Below are positions 1-8,589 of a DNA stretch of 64,000 nucleotides, in pieces. The stretch is from Candidatus Brocadiia bacterium (GTDB lineage Bacteria; Planctomycetota; Brocadiia; CAIUPP01). Within the stretch, counting starts at the first letter, position 1; every line of letters begins with the position of its first letter. The translations under genes and the position numbers were made by a program. The stretch spans positions 2,703-66,702 of the forward strand of contig JBKQWE010000026.1 in assembly GCA_052139675.1 (NCBI GenBank), written 5' to 3'. A model generated the notes under the pieces. The model was not told where the DNA came from and ran no database searches. It saw nothing but the letters and a program-made list of their open reading frames with translations.

Positions 1-1224
1 GCGTATCCCTTCCCGCTCGGCCGGACGGTCCGCTCGGACGACCCGGAGGAAATCGCCGAGGCGGTCGCCGCCTTTCCGAACATCCGCAAGCTGCTCCCGA
101 TGCCCGAGCTCCCGCCCCTGCCGGACTACTGCGACCCGGAAAACCAGAAGCAGGAGTTCCAGCCCCAGCGCACCTGGGGCGGAACGCCGGAGAGTTTCTG
201 CGTGGTCCGCAAGGGCCGCGTGGAATCCACCGGCGTGCGCGTGCGCGGCAAGCCTGATGGCAGCGTCGGGATCGTCGTGACGATCCAGGTGGAGCCGATG
301 GACGCCTTCGACCGGCGCTACATCGAATCCATGATGCTCGGCGCGCTCTCCATGATCCGCGGCGTCAAAGCCAGGCTCGACGGCGATTCGTTCGCCATTG
401 ACCTGGCCGAGGGGGCCGACCTCAAGCCCGGCCAGATCGGCGATACGCTGATCGCCGCCATCCGCCGGACCTGGCCGCGGCTGGACCGGATCCAGGTGGA
501 GGTGATCCTCGATCACGCCGAACTGAAGACGGCCGCGCCGCTCGTCCGCGCCGAGAAGGCGCAGCGTTCCCGCGAGGTCGCCGCCGCCACCGATGAGAAC
601 GCGGATCAGTTCTATCAGTGCGTCGGCTGCTCGCCCTTCGCCCCGGACCACGTCTGCTGCCTCACGCCCGAGCGCGCCCCGCAATGCGCCCGGCCTTACG
701 AGATGATCAAGACCGGCGCGCTCTATGGTTACGACGACGTGACGAACATCCATCACAGCGCGCTGCACCGGGAGATCAACTCATTCCGCGTCGTCGCCAA
801 AGGGCGCTGCCTGGACCCGGTTCACGGCGAGTGGGAAGGCCTCAACGCCAGCGCCGCGCAACTCAGCCGCGGGCGCACCACGCGCATCCGCCTGCACTCC
901 CTCGAAGGATTTCCCCACACCGGCTGCGGCTGCTTCCGAATGATCATGTTCAAGACCGAGTTGCCCCGGCCGGGAATCGGCATCATGAACAGCGGCTACG
1001 GCGGCCGCGCGCCCGACGGCCGGACCTGGCGCGACCTGCACTATGCCCTGGGCGGCAAGCAGACCGCGGGCCTCGCCGGCGCTGCGCCCTCGTACCTGCA
1101 TTCTCCGAAGTTCCTCAAGGCGCACGGCGGATGGAGCAGCGTCGTGTGGGTCAGCCCGAAGATCGCCGCCGCCGCGGGTCGCGCGCTGCCCGAGGGCGTC
1201 GAGGTCGGGCCGGAAGACGGTTGA
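1..1224 (+). CDS. acetyl-CoA synthase / CODH-ACS complex subunit (AcsB/CdhC-like), C-terminal A-cluster domain; 5'-truncated by the window edge (frame is open from nt 1)
   Basis: Cys spacing C-x2-C-x8-C-x9-C (CVGCSPFAPDHVCCLTPERAPQC) followed by a Cys-Gly-Cys motif (HTGCGCFRM). This matches the ACS A-cluster [4Fe4S] plus proximal-Ni ligands. No stop codon upstream of nt 100 in this frame. Confidence 0.6.
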   Translation, partial: AYPFPLGRTVRSDDPEEIAEAVAAFPNIRKLLPMPELPPLPDYCDPENQKQEFQPQRTWGGTPESFCVVRKGRVESTGVRVRGKPDGSVGIVVTIQVEPMDAFDRRYIESMMLGALSMIRGVKARLDGDSFAIDLAEGADLKPGQIGDTLIAAIRRTWPRLDRIQVEVILDHAELKTAAPLVRAEKAQRSREVAAATDENADQFYQCVGCSPFAPDHVCCLTPERAPQCARPYEMIKTGALYGYDDVTNIHHSALHREINSFRVVAKGRCLDPVHGEWEGLNASAAQLSRGRTTRIRLHSLEGFPHTGCGCFRMIMFKTELPRPGIGIMNSGYGGRAPDGRTWRDLHYALGGKQTAGLAGAAPSYLHSPKFLKAHGGWSSVVWVSPKIAAAAGRALPEGVEVGPEDG

Positions 1225-1249
1225 GGTGCGCCCGACTCACGTCTCGTAG

Positions 1250-2767
1250 TCACCGTTGCCAGGCCATGAGTTTCGCGAAGAGGCCCTTCCAGAACGGCGT
1301 CAGCCGCGCGCGGCTGCACGCGTCGGCGGCGCGCTTGATCCCTTCGGCCTGGGTCGGATAGGGATGGATTACGCCGCCGATGGCCCGCAGGCCGAGACCG
1401 GCGGCCATCGCCACGCTGATCTCGCTGATCATCTCGCCGGCGTGCGGGGCCACGATCGTCGCGCCGAGGATCCGGTCCGTTCCCTCGCGCACCTGGATCT
1501 TCACGAACCCTTCCGTCTCCCCGTCGAGGACCGCGCGATCCACCTCTTCAAGCGGGACGCTGAAGGTGGCGACAGGGATCCCCTGCTCCTTCGCGTCGCG
1601 CTCGTACAGGCCCACGTGAGCGATTTCCGGATCGGTGTAGGTGCACCACGGGACCGTCAGCGCGCTCAGCCGCTTGCGGCCCCAGAAGAGGGCGTTCTGG
1701 ATCACGATGCGCGCGCTGGCGTCGGCGGTGTGCGTGAACTTGTGGCTGAGGCACACGTCGCCGGCCGCGTAGATGCGCGCGTTGGCCGTCTGCAGGCGGT
1801 CGTTGACGGCCACGCCGGAGCGGGTGTCGAAGCGGACGCCGACGCGCTCCAGGCCCAGGTCCTCCACGTTCGGCGCGCGGCCCGCTCCGACGAGGATTTC
1901 GTCAACCGCGATGTCCTGCGGCCGGCCTTCGGTCACGGTATGGAGCAGCTTTCCCGCCGCCGAGCGCTCGACGCGCTGCACATCGGTATTGAGGAGCATA
2001 CGGATTCCATCGCGGCGGAAGGACTCGGCCAAAATCCGGGCCGCATCGGGGTCTTCGCGCGCCAGGAATTGGCCGTGCCGCTCGATGATCGTCACCTCAG
2101 ACCCGAGCCGCTGGAACGCCTGCGCCAACTCGCAGCCGAGCGGCCCCGCGCCGAATACCGCGAGACGCGCCGGACGCTCTGTGAGCCAAAAGACGTTCTC
2201 GTTGGTGAGGAACCCGGCCTCCACCAATCCCGGCACCGGCGGATGCACCGCGCGCGCGCCGGTGGCGATGACCGCCTTGCCGAAGCGCAGAGTCCGGCCT
2301 TCCACCTCCACGGCGTCCTGCGAGACGAAGCGCCCCTGCCCGAAGAACAGGTCCACGCCGAGGCTGCGCACCCGCTCGGCGGAATCGTGAATACTGATCC
2401 GGCTTCGAAGCCGCCGCATGCGCTCCATCACCGCCGCAAAGTCCGCCTGCGGCCGGCCGTCGCGTACTCCGTAGGCCTGCGCGTCGCGGAAGCCGGCGGC
2501 GGCGCGCGAGGAACGGATCAGGCATTTGGACGGCACGCAGCCGACGTTCAGGCAGTCGCCGCCGAGGAGATGCCGTTCGACGAGCGCCACCTTCGCCCCC
2601 AGCCCGGCGGCGCCGAGCGCGGTGACCAGGCCGGCCGTGCCCGCCCCGAGGACCACGAGGTTGTAGCGCGGCGCCGGCGCAGGATTGGCCCAGGCCGGCG
2701 GATGCACGTTGGCGACGAGCGCCTCGTTATGCGCGTCTCGCGGGAGCACCGCAACGGGTTCAGCCAT
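1250..2767 (-). CDS. FAD-dependent pyridine nucleotide-disulfide oxidoreductase (class I; mercuric reductase / dihydrolipoamide dehydrogenase-like)
   Basis: GxGxxG at LVVLGAGTAG; redox-active disulfide motif GGDCLNVGCVPSK; second NAD-binding fold; C-terminal dimerisation domain. Overlaps the next gene by 8 nt. Confidence 0.8.
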   Translation of the reverse strand: MAEPVAVLPRDAHNEALVANVHPPAWANPAPAPRYNLVVLGAGTAGLVTALGAAGLGAKVALVERHLLGGDCLNVGCVPSKCLIRSSRAAAGFRDAQAYGVRDGRPQADFAAVMERMRRLRSRISIHDSAERVRSLGVDLFFGQGRFVSQDAVEVEGRTLRFGKAVIATGARAVHPPVPGLVEAGFLTNENVFWLTERPARLAVFGAGPLGCELAQAFQRLGSEVTIIERHGQFLAREDPDAARILAESFRRDGIRMLLNTDVQRVERSAAGKLLHTVTEGRPQDIAVDEILVGAGRAPNVEDLGLERVGVRFDTRSGVAVNDRLQTANARIYAAGDVCLSHKFTHTADASARIVIQNALFWGRKRLSALTVPWCTYTDPEIAHVGLYERDAKEQGIPVATFSVPLEEVDRAVLDGETEGFVKIQVREGTDRILGATIVAPHAGEMISEISVAMAAGLGLRAIGGVIHPYPTQAEGIKRAADACSRARLTPFWKGLFAKLMAWQR

Positions 2768-3524
2768 GGCTGCCTTTCTCCTCCTTGGCGGCGGCCGGTT
2801 TGCCGCCGAGCGGATCGCCGCCCGCCGCCTGCCGCAGCGCCTTGCGCGCGATGCGCACGATGAGAACGCCGACCGCCACGGCGATGACCAGTCCGCCCCA
2901 GAACAAAATCCGCTGCGCCGGGGATTGCGGTCCGCCGCCGACCGCCGCGTCGGCCAGGCTGCGCGCCGCCGAGCCGATGTACACGTACACGACCGTGCCC
3001 GGCAGCATGCCGATCCACGAGGCGAGCGCGTAGCTGCGGAACCGCACGCGCGTCAGGCCGAAGGCGTAGTTGAGCAGGTTGAACGGGAAGACCGGGCTGA
3101 GGCGCGTGAGCAGGACGATCTTGAAGCCCTCGCGCCCGACCGCTTCGTCAATCGCGGCGAACTTCGCATTGCCGCCGATCTTCTTCGCCACCCAGCCGCG
3201 CGCCACCGTGCGCCCGACCCAGAACGCCGCGCACGCGCCGAGCGTGGCGCCGACGGAGACGGTCGCGGTCCCGAGGGCGAGCTTGAAGAGGAATCCGGCG
3301 CCGATCGTCAGGATGGACCCGGGCAGGAACAGGAGGCACGCAACGATGTAGAAGAGCACGACGACCACCGGCCCCCAGAATCCCAGGCTCTGCGTCCACG
3401 CCAGCAGGTGGAGCAGATACTCCTTCAGCGGCAGGAACTTGCCCGCCGCGACCAGGCCGGCGACCACCGCGACCACGACCGCAATGCGCCACCAGGCGCC
3501 CTTGCCGCTTTTGCTCTCGGGCAT
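2760..3524 (-). CDS. DedA/TVP38/SNARE-associated family membrane protein
   Basis: Polytopic hydrophobic protein. Glycine-rich re-entrant motif GSILTIGAGFLFK and LTRLSPVFPFNLLNYAFGLT typical of DedA. Co-oriented with the oxidoreductase. Confidence 0.75.
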   Translation of the reverse strand: MPESKSGKGAWWRIAVVVAVVAGLVAAGKFLPLKEYLLHLLAWTQSLGFWGPVVVVLFYIVACLLFLPGSILTIGAGFLFKLALGTATVSVGATLGACAAFWVGRTVARGWVAKKIGGNAKFAAIDEAVGREGFKIVLLTRLSPVFPFNLLNYAFGLTRVRFRSYALASWIGMLPGTVVYVYIGSAARSLADAAVGGGPQSPAQRILFWGGLVIAVAVGVLIVRIARKALRQAAGGDPLGGKPAAAKEEKGSHG

Positions 3525-3539
3525 GTCACCCTCGCAGCA

Positions 3540-4364
3540 TCATTTCTGTTCGTTCAGGGACCAGTCATAGTCGAGGTAGGTGATCGAATAATCCCCCGAG
3601 GACACGCGCGCCGCATCCTCTTTGCCCAGGTATCCGCTGATGAAGTGGAGCACCGCGCGCTGCACGGCGGAATGGTCGCCGTAGCCCTGGTCCACTCCGT
3701 ACTTGGCCACGAAGTCGTCGCCGAACCACTTGAAGATCGAAGAGAGGTAAACCGTGCCTCCGTCCGCGGCGATGCGGAACTTCAGCGGGTTGGACAGGAA
3801 GCGCCTGGCCTGGTCGTCCAACTGGTCGCCGAGGCGGTCGCCCGCGTACGGCTCATTGCGCAGCGGCGGGCAGCCCATGGCCGCGCAGACGAGCGCCATG
3901 TGGATGCGCGGCTCGTGGAACTCCTTGCGCAGCACCCCGTGCTCGATCCCGTCCAGCGTCATCGCCTGGCCCATCACCGAGAACTGCAAGCCGTCCCAGG
4001 CGCCGCTGATCTGCCGGATGCTGTTCTTGGGGTAACGCAGGCTGGTCAGGAACGAGGACCGGATCGGGTAGTGGGTGATGATCGCCTGCAGCGTACAGGC
4101 GTTGTACGCGTTGAGCCAGAACGCGATCTTCGCCGGCTCCGCCCAGCCGTCGTAAGCCGAACGGTTCAGCCCGGCGAGCGAGCGGACGAACGAATCGAGC
4201 TTTTCGCTGTGCGACTTGAGTTCGGCATAGTTCACCATGCCGCGATCGTTCACGTACGCCTTAAGCGCGTCGGCGTAGTCGGCATAGGAGAACGACTGGG
4301 CCTGGACGGCGCCCGAGAGCGCTGCGACGACCACGAAAGCGGCGGCTGGAATTGAACCTTTCAT
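3540..4364 (-). CDS. secreted DUF547-family protein
   Basis: N-terminal signal peptide (AALSGAVQAQS). WLNAYNACTL and CAAMGCPPL motifs characteristic of DUF547, a family commonly adjacent to the DedA plus oxidoreductase pair. GAAAGGGGG ribosome-binding site upstream. Confidence 0.55.
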   Translation of the reverse strand: MKGSIPAAAFVVVAALSGAVQAQSFSYADYADALKAYVNDRGMVNYAELKSHSEKLDSFVRSLAGLNRSAYDGWAEPAKIAFWLNAYNACTLQAIITHYPIRSSFLTSLRYPKNSIRQISGAWDGLQFSVMGQAMTLDGIEHGVLRKEFHEPRIHMALVCAAMGCPPLRNEPYAGDRLGDQLDDQARRFLSNPLKFRIAADGGTVYLSSIFKWFGDDFVAKYGVDQGYGDHSAVQRAVLHFISGYLGKEDAARVSSGDYSITYLDYDWSLNEQK

Positions 4365-4426
4365 GCCCCATCCCCCTTTCCGGCGCGTGCCGTCAGCCCC
4401 ACGCTGAGCGCACGCGCGTCCCCGAG

Positions 4427-5530
4427 TTACTCTCTGCGCCCTCCAACGGATCCGGCGTACCGCCCCCAGCGCTTCGCCGTCTCGTACATGGCCAGGACAT
4501 TTTCCAGCGGAGTGTTGTCCTGGATCGCATGCGTCGGTGCATAACAGTATCCGCCGCCGGGCATCATGATGTCAAGCGTCTCGCGGCAAGTCCGCACGAC
4601 GTCGTCCACCGTCCCGAAGGCGAGCGGCCCGGCGGTGGAAATGCACCCGTGAAAGGCCAGCCGTCCGCCGAACCGCTTCTTGAGATAAGCCGGCGCCATG
4701 TCCTTCGCCTCCGGCTGCAGGGTGTCCACGGCGCGGATGCCCATGGCGATGAAGTCCTCGTAAGCCCAACTGCTCGACCCGCACGTGTGCATCATGATGG
4801 GGACGTCGTAAGCCTTGGCCAGGTCGCAGAACGGCTGGAACCGCGGGCGGATGTGCTTGCGGAACGTGGCCATGCTGATGATCGGGCCGATCTGCGTGCC
4901 CAGATCCTCGCCCAGGAAGATGAAATCCACCGCGCCGCCGGCCTTCTCCAGGATTCGCGCGGTCACCTCGATCTGCAGTTTCATCCGGCGGTCGGCCAGC
5001 AGCAATCCGGCGGGCTCATCCGTGACGAGGTCAATCAACGTCTGCTCCATGCCGCGCAGGAACCCGTTGCCGTTGATGATGTCGCCGAAGCCGCCCGCGC
5101 CGTTGAGGCCGTACTCCCGGTACGTCTTGCACTGGGCCGGGATCGTGCTGTAATCGTAGTCGTCCGCCGTCGGCAGCGGCCACGCGGCGACGGCTTCCTC
5201 GTCGGCGCTTCGCAGCGGGAAATCGCAGTAGTCCCAGTAACTGCCGCTGTCGTGCTCGATGCAGCGGGTGTGGATTCCCCAGACCGGGTCCACGTGCCGT
5301 CCGGGCAATTCCGCATGGAGCCGAGGTCCGGCATACGCGGCGCCGACGTGCCGGAAGTCCACTCCCAGGGCGCGCCGAAGCCCTTCATCGTCGTCTGGCT
5401 TCAGGCCGAAGTGGGTCTTGAGCCGGCGATCTATGCCGGGGTTGCTGGTATAGTCAATGGGCACACGGTCGGCCTCCTGGCAGGCCAGCGCCAGGCGAAC
5501 GCGCTCCTTGGACGTCAGGGACTTGCCCAT
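4427..5530 (-). CDS. uroporphyrinogen decarboxylase (URO-D) family protein (MtaA/CmuA-like fold)
   Basis: Length and motifs (RVPIDYTSNPG, LGTQIGPIISMATFRKHIRP, MMHTCGSS) fit the URO-D / methylcobamide methyltransferase superfamily. A paralog lies at 35891..37051. Confidence 0.6.
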   Translation of the reverse strand: MGKSLTSKERVRLALACQEADRVPIDYTSNPGIDRRLKTHFGLKPDDDEGLRRALGVDFRHVGAAYAGPRLHAELPGRHVDPVWGIHTRCIEHDSGSYWDYCDFPLRSADEEAVAAWPLPTADDYDYSTIPAQCKTYREYGLNGAGGFGDIINGNGFLRGMEQTLIDLVTDEPAGLLLADRRMKLQIEVTARILEKAGGAVDFIFLGEDLGTQIGPIISMATFRKHIRPRFQPFCDLAKAYDVPIMMHTCGSSSWAYEDFIAMGIRAVDTLQPEAKDMAPAYLKKRFGGRLAFHGCISTAGPLAFGTVDDVVRTCRETLDIMMPGGGYCYAPTHAIQDNTPLENVLAMYETAKRWGRYAGSVGGRRE

Positions 5531-5590
5531 GCGTTCTCTCTTGGCTCACATGTTGCGCAGCCGTCCGTGCCGCCGCGCCCGCATTTCATT

Positions 5591-7024
5591 CTACCGCAAA
5601 CCCTGCTTGCCGCCCAGCTCCGACTGGAGCATGAGATAGTACGCCACGCTGGTCAGCTCGCCCCAGCCATCCGGGTCCTGGGTGGCCTCGAAGTATTTCT
5701 GAATCTCGACGTCATAAGGCGCCAGCGAGGCCCACATGCGCAGAGTTTGGACCTTCGTGTCCTTGTCGGTGGCGAGCGTCACCTGGGCCGCCTGCGCGCC
5801 CTTGAGCTGGACGACGATCTTGCCCTGTTTCGCTTTATCGTTCCACTGCACGCTGACCACCGTGCCGTTCAAGGCGCCGGGGCCGGCGGAGATCGGCTCT
5901 GCGGTCATCGAGTTCGGGAAGCAGGCGCTGATCTCTTTCGCCGTGCCGCTGGAAGGCAGGACCGAGATCTCCATTCCGGCCGCCGGAGCGCCGGGACTGA
6001 CTCCCGCCCAGGCGGTCTTGGCGGTGGCGATCAGGCGGGCGATGTCGGCCTTGTCGAAGACCAGGCCATGCTCGTACCCGGCGACGATGCCGAGCGTGTC
6101 GAGCTGGTAATAGCCGCTGTTGGGATGGATGAACACGCCGTGCTTGGGGCTGCCGTCGGCCTTGTAATCCCACGGACCGGCCGGCTGATTGTAGTTCCAA
6201 ATCTCGTAGGTGCCATCGCTCTTCGGCGTCATCCGGCTCTTCATCACCTTGAACCACCGCTCCGCGTGCTCCTTGTATTCGGGCTTGCCGGTCACGTCCC
6301 ACATCGCGAGCATCCAGCGGGCCACCTCGTTCGCCTTGTTGTTCGGGTGCGAGGCGCCGTGCCCGGGATTGTTCCGGGTGTCGAAATCAACCCACTTCTT
6401 GTTGGTCGGGTCCAGCCCATAGGGCATGACCACGGACATCAGCCCGCCGTCCTTGGTCTCGCGCCAGCCGCCGCGCTTCGCCCATTTCTGGTAGAGCTGC
6501 TCGGCGAGCTTGAGGTAGCTCTCGCCCTTCGCGCCGTACTTTTCCTTCAACGCAGGGTTCCTGATCATCTCGCCGGCCATGAGGACGATCGGTCGGAAGA
6601 CCATGGCGTCGCTCAGCATGCTGTCGGCGTTGTAGTCGTCCATGTGATCCACCCAGGTGCCGGACGCCCCGACGCCGGGCCATCCGAGGAAGCCGTCCGG
6701 CTCCTTGATGGCGCGCTTGATGAGGGAGTCCGACCAGTCCACCATCAAGTCCACGTACTTGGTGTTATGGGTGGCCATGTAGCCGTAGTAGAAACCCTCC
6801 ATGACCGGCGTCATCGCCCAGGCGATGTCCTCGCCCATGGCCCGGTCGCACGTGCGGTAGCCCCTGGCTTCGCCGGAGATATTCTTGTCCCAGCGCGCGA
6901 GCCATTCCTTCTGCTTCGCCGAGTCCATCTTCGTGAGCGTCATGGCCGGAGGCGCAGTCTGCGCCTGGCAGACAACCGCCGCCAGCACAAGCCCGGCGGC
7001 GCACAACCCAATCATCTTCTTCAC
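5591..7024 (-). CDS. secreted protein, uncharacterised family (copy P1 of 6; possible alpha/alpha-toroid glycoside-hydrolase/lyase-like)
   Basis: GTG start with a signal peptide (MKKMIGLCAAGLVLAAVVCQAQTA). Shares about 60-80% identity with copies P2 and P3, which are tandemly downstream. Confidence 0.7.
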   Translation of the reverse strand: MKKMIGLCAAGLVLAAVVCQAQTAPPAMTLTKMDSAKQKEWLARWDKNISGEARGYRTCDRAMGEDIAWAMTPVMEGFYYGYMATHNTKYVDLMVDWSDSLIKRAIKEPDGFLGWPGVGASGTWVDHMDDYNADSMLSDAMVFRPIVLMAGEMIRNPALKEKYGAKGESYLKLAEQLYQKWAKRGGWRETKDGGLMSVVMPYGLDPTNKKWVDFDTRNNPGHGASHPNNKANEVARWMLAMWDVTGKPEYKEHAERWFKVMKSRMTPKSDGTYEIWNYNQPAGPWDYKADGSPKHGVFIHPNSGYYQLDTLGIVAGYEHGLVFDKADIARLIATAKTAWAGVSPGAPAAGMEISVLPSSGTAKEISACFPNSMTAEPISAGPGALNGTVVSVQWNDKAKQGKIVVQLKGAQAAQVTLATDKDTKVQTLRMWASLAPYDVEIQKYFEATQDPDGWGELTSVAYYLMLQSELGGKQGLR

Positions 7025-7094
7025 GTTTTCTTCTCCTGTCGTTCAATGACCGCTCGCAGGGAAACGATCCCCGCGGCGAATTCCGCGGCAAACC

Positions 7095-8519
7095 CTACTT
7101 AGCGGCCAGTTCCGCCTGGAGCATGAGATAGTGCGGCGTCTCGCTGAGGCCGCTCCAGCCATCCGGCGCCTCGGTCGCCTCATAGTTCTTCTGAATCTCG
7201 ACGTCATAGGGGACCAGCCCGTGCCACATCCGCAGGAGCTGGACCTTCGTGTCCTTGTCGGTGGCGAGCGTCACCTGGGCCGCCTGCGCGTCCTTGGGCT
7301 GGACGACGATTTTGCCCTGTTTCGCTTTATCGTCCCACTGCACGCTGACCACCGTGCCGCTCAAGGCGTCCGGGCCGGCGGAGAGCGGTTCCGAGGTCAA
7401 CGAGTTCGGGAAGCAGGCGTTGATCGCTTTCGCCGTGCCGGCCGGCTGGACCAAAACCGCCATCCCGGTCATCGCGCTGCCGGGACTGCCGTCCATCCAA
7501 CTGGTCTTGGCGGTGGCGGCCAGGCGAGCGATGTCCGCCTGGGTGAAGACCACGCCGTGCTCGTATGCGGCGACGATGGCGCGCGTGTCGCCCCAGTAAT
7601 ACCCGCCGTTGGGATGGACGCCGATCCAGTGCTTGGGGCTGCCGTCGGGCTTGTAATCCCACGGGCCGGCCGGCTGCCAATAGTTCCAGATCTCGTAAGT
7701 GCCGTCGCTCTTGGTCTTCATCCGGCTCTTCTGCACCTTGAACCACCGCTCCGCGTGGTCCTTGTATTCCGGCTTGCCGGTCACGTCCCACATCGCCAGC
7801 ATCCAGCGGGCGACCTCGTTCGCCTTGTTGTCGGGGTGCGAGGCGCCGTGGCCGGGAGCGTTCCTCGTGTCGTAACCGATCCACTTCGTGTTGGCCTGGT
7901 CCATGCCGTAGGGCATGACCACGGAGATCAATCCGCCGTTTCCGGTCTCCCGCCAGCCGCCGCGCTTCACCCACTTCTCGTAGAGCTGCTCGGAGAGCTT
8001 GATATAGCTCTCGCCTTTCGCGCCGTACTTCTCCTTCAGCGCGGGGTTCTTGATCATCTCGCCGGCCAGCAACACGATCGGGCGGAACACCATGGCCTCG
8101 CTGAGCATGCTGTCGGCGTTCCAGTCGTCCAGGTTGTCCACCCAACTGCCGGCCGCGCCTTTCGAGGGCCAGCCGACGAAGCCGTCCGGCTCCTTCACGG
8201 CGCGCTTGATGAGCGAGTCCGCCCAGTCCACCATCATGTCCACGTACTTGGTGTCATGGGTGGCCATGTAGCCATAGCAGTAGCCGTCCATGATGGGCGT
8301 CATTCCCCAGGCGATGCCTTCGCCCATTTCGCGGTCGCACGTGCGGTAGCCCTTGGATTCGCCGGAGATCTCCTTGTCCCAGAGGGTGAGCCACTCCTTT
8401 TGCTTCGCCGCGTCCATCTTCACGAGCGTCATGGCCGGGTTCAACGCCGTCTGCGCCTGGCAGAGCGCCGCCGCGAGCACAATGCCGGCGGAGCACAGCC
8501 CGATCATCGCCTTCTTCAC
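7095..8519 (-). CDS. secreted protein, same family (copy P2)
   Basis: By homology to P1 the start is GTG at 8519 (VKKAMIGLCSAG signal peptide) with a GGAGAGG ribosome-binding site. The longer track ORF reaching 8654 would overlap P3 and is taken as a shadow extension. Confidence 0.65.
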   Translation of the reverse strand: MKKAMIGLCSAGIVLAAALCQAQTALNPAMTLVKMDAAKQKEWLTLWDKEISGESKGYRTCDREMGEGIAWGMTPIMDGYCYGYMATHDTKYVDMMVDWADSLIKRAVKEPDGFVGWPSKGAAGSWVDNLDDWNADSMLSEAMVFRPIVLLAGEMIKNPALKEKYGAKGESYIKLSEQLYEKWVKRGGWRETGNGGLISVVMPYGMDQANTKWIGYDTRNAPGHGASHPDNKANEVARWMLAMWDVTGKPEYKDHAERWFKVQKSRMKTKSDGTYEIWNYWQPAGPWDYKPDGSPKHWIGVHPNGGYYWGDTRAIVAAYEHGVVFTQADIARLAATAKTSWMDGSPGSAMTGMAVLVQPAGTAKAINACFPNSLTSEPLSAGPDALSGTVVSVQWDDKAKQGKIVVQPKDAQAAQVTLATDKDTKVQLLRMWHGLVPYDVEIQKNYEATEAPDGWSGLSETPHYLMLQAELAAK

Positions 8520-8589
8520 GTTTTCCTCTCCTGTCGTTCCATGGCCGCGCGCAAGGAAACGATCCCTGCGTCGAATCCCGCGGGAAAGC

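Noticed and set aside
1256-2863. Long plus-strand ORF (535 aa) overlapping the oxidoreductase gene. Similar long antisense or off-frame ORFs include 618..1361, 2685..4355, 4352..7102, 7131..8621, 8353..9396, 9584..11545, 17185..19518, 19543..20688, 21232..22422, 23245..25077, 24996..27176, 31000..32430, 33833..34894, 36065..37132, 37045..38322, 38812..39990, 39954..40907, 41089..42129, 42559..43575, 43395..44816, 48433..51018, 51432..52826, 53062..53946, 56000..57889, 58019..59263 and 60364..61398.
   Set aside because: These are Arg/Ala/Gly/Pro-rich low-complexity translations with no domain signatures. They lie exactly opposite or out of frame to genes with clear family motifs. This is typical shadow-ORF behaviour of stop-codon-poor high-G+C DNA.
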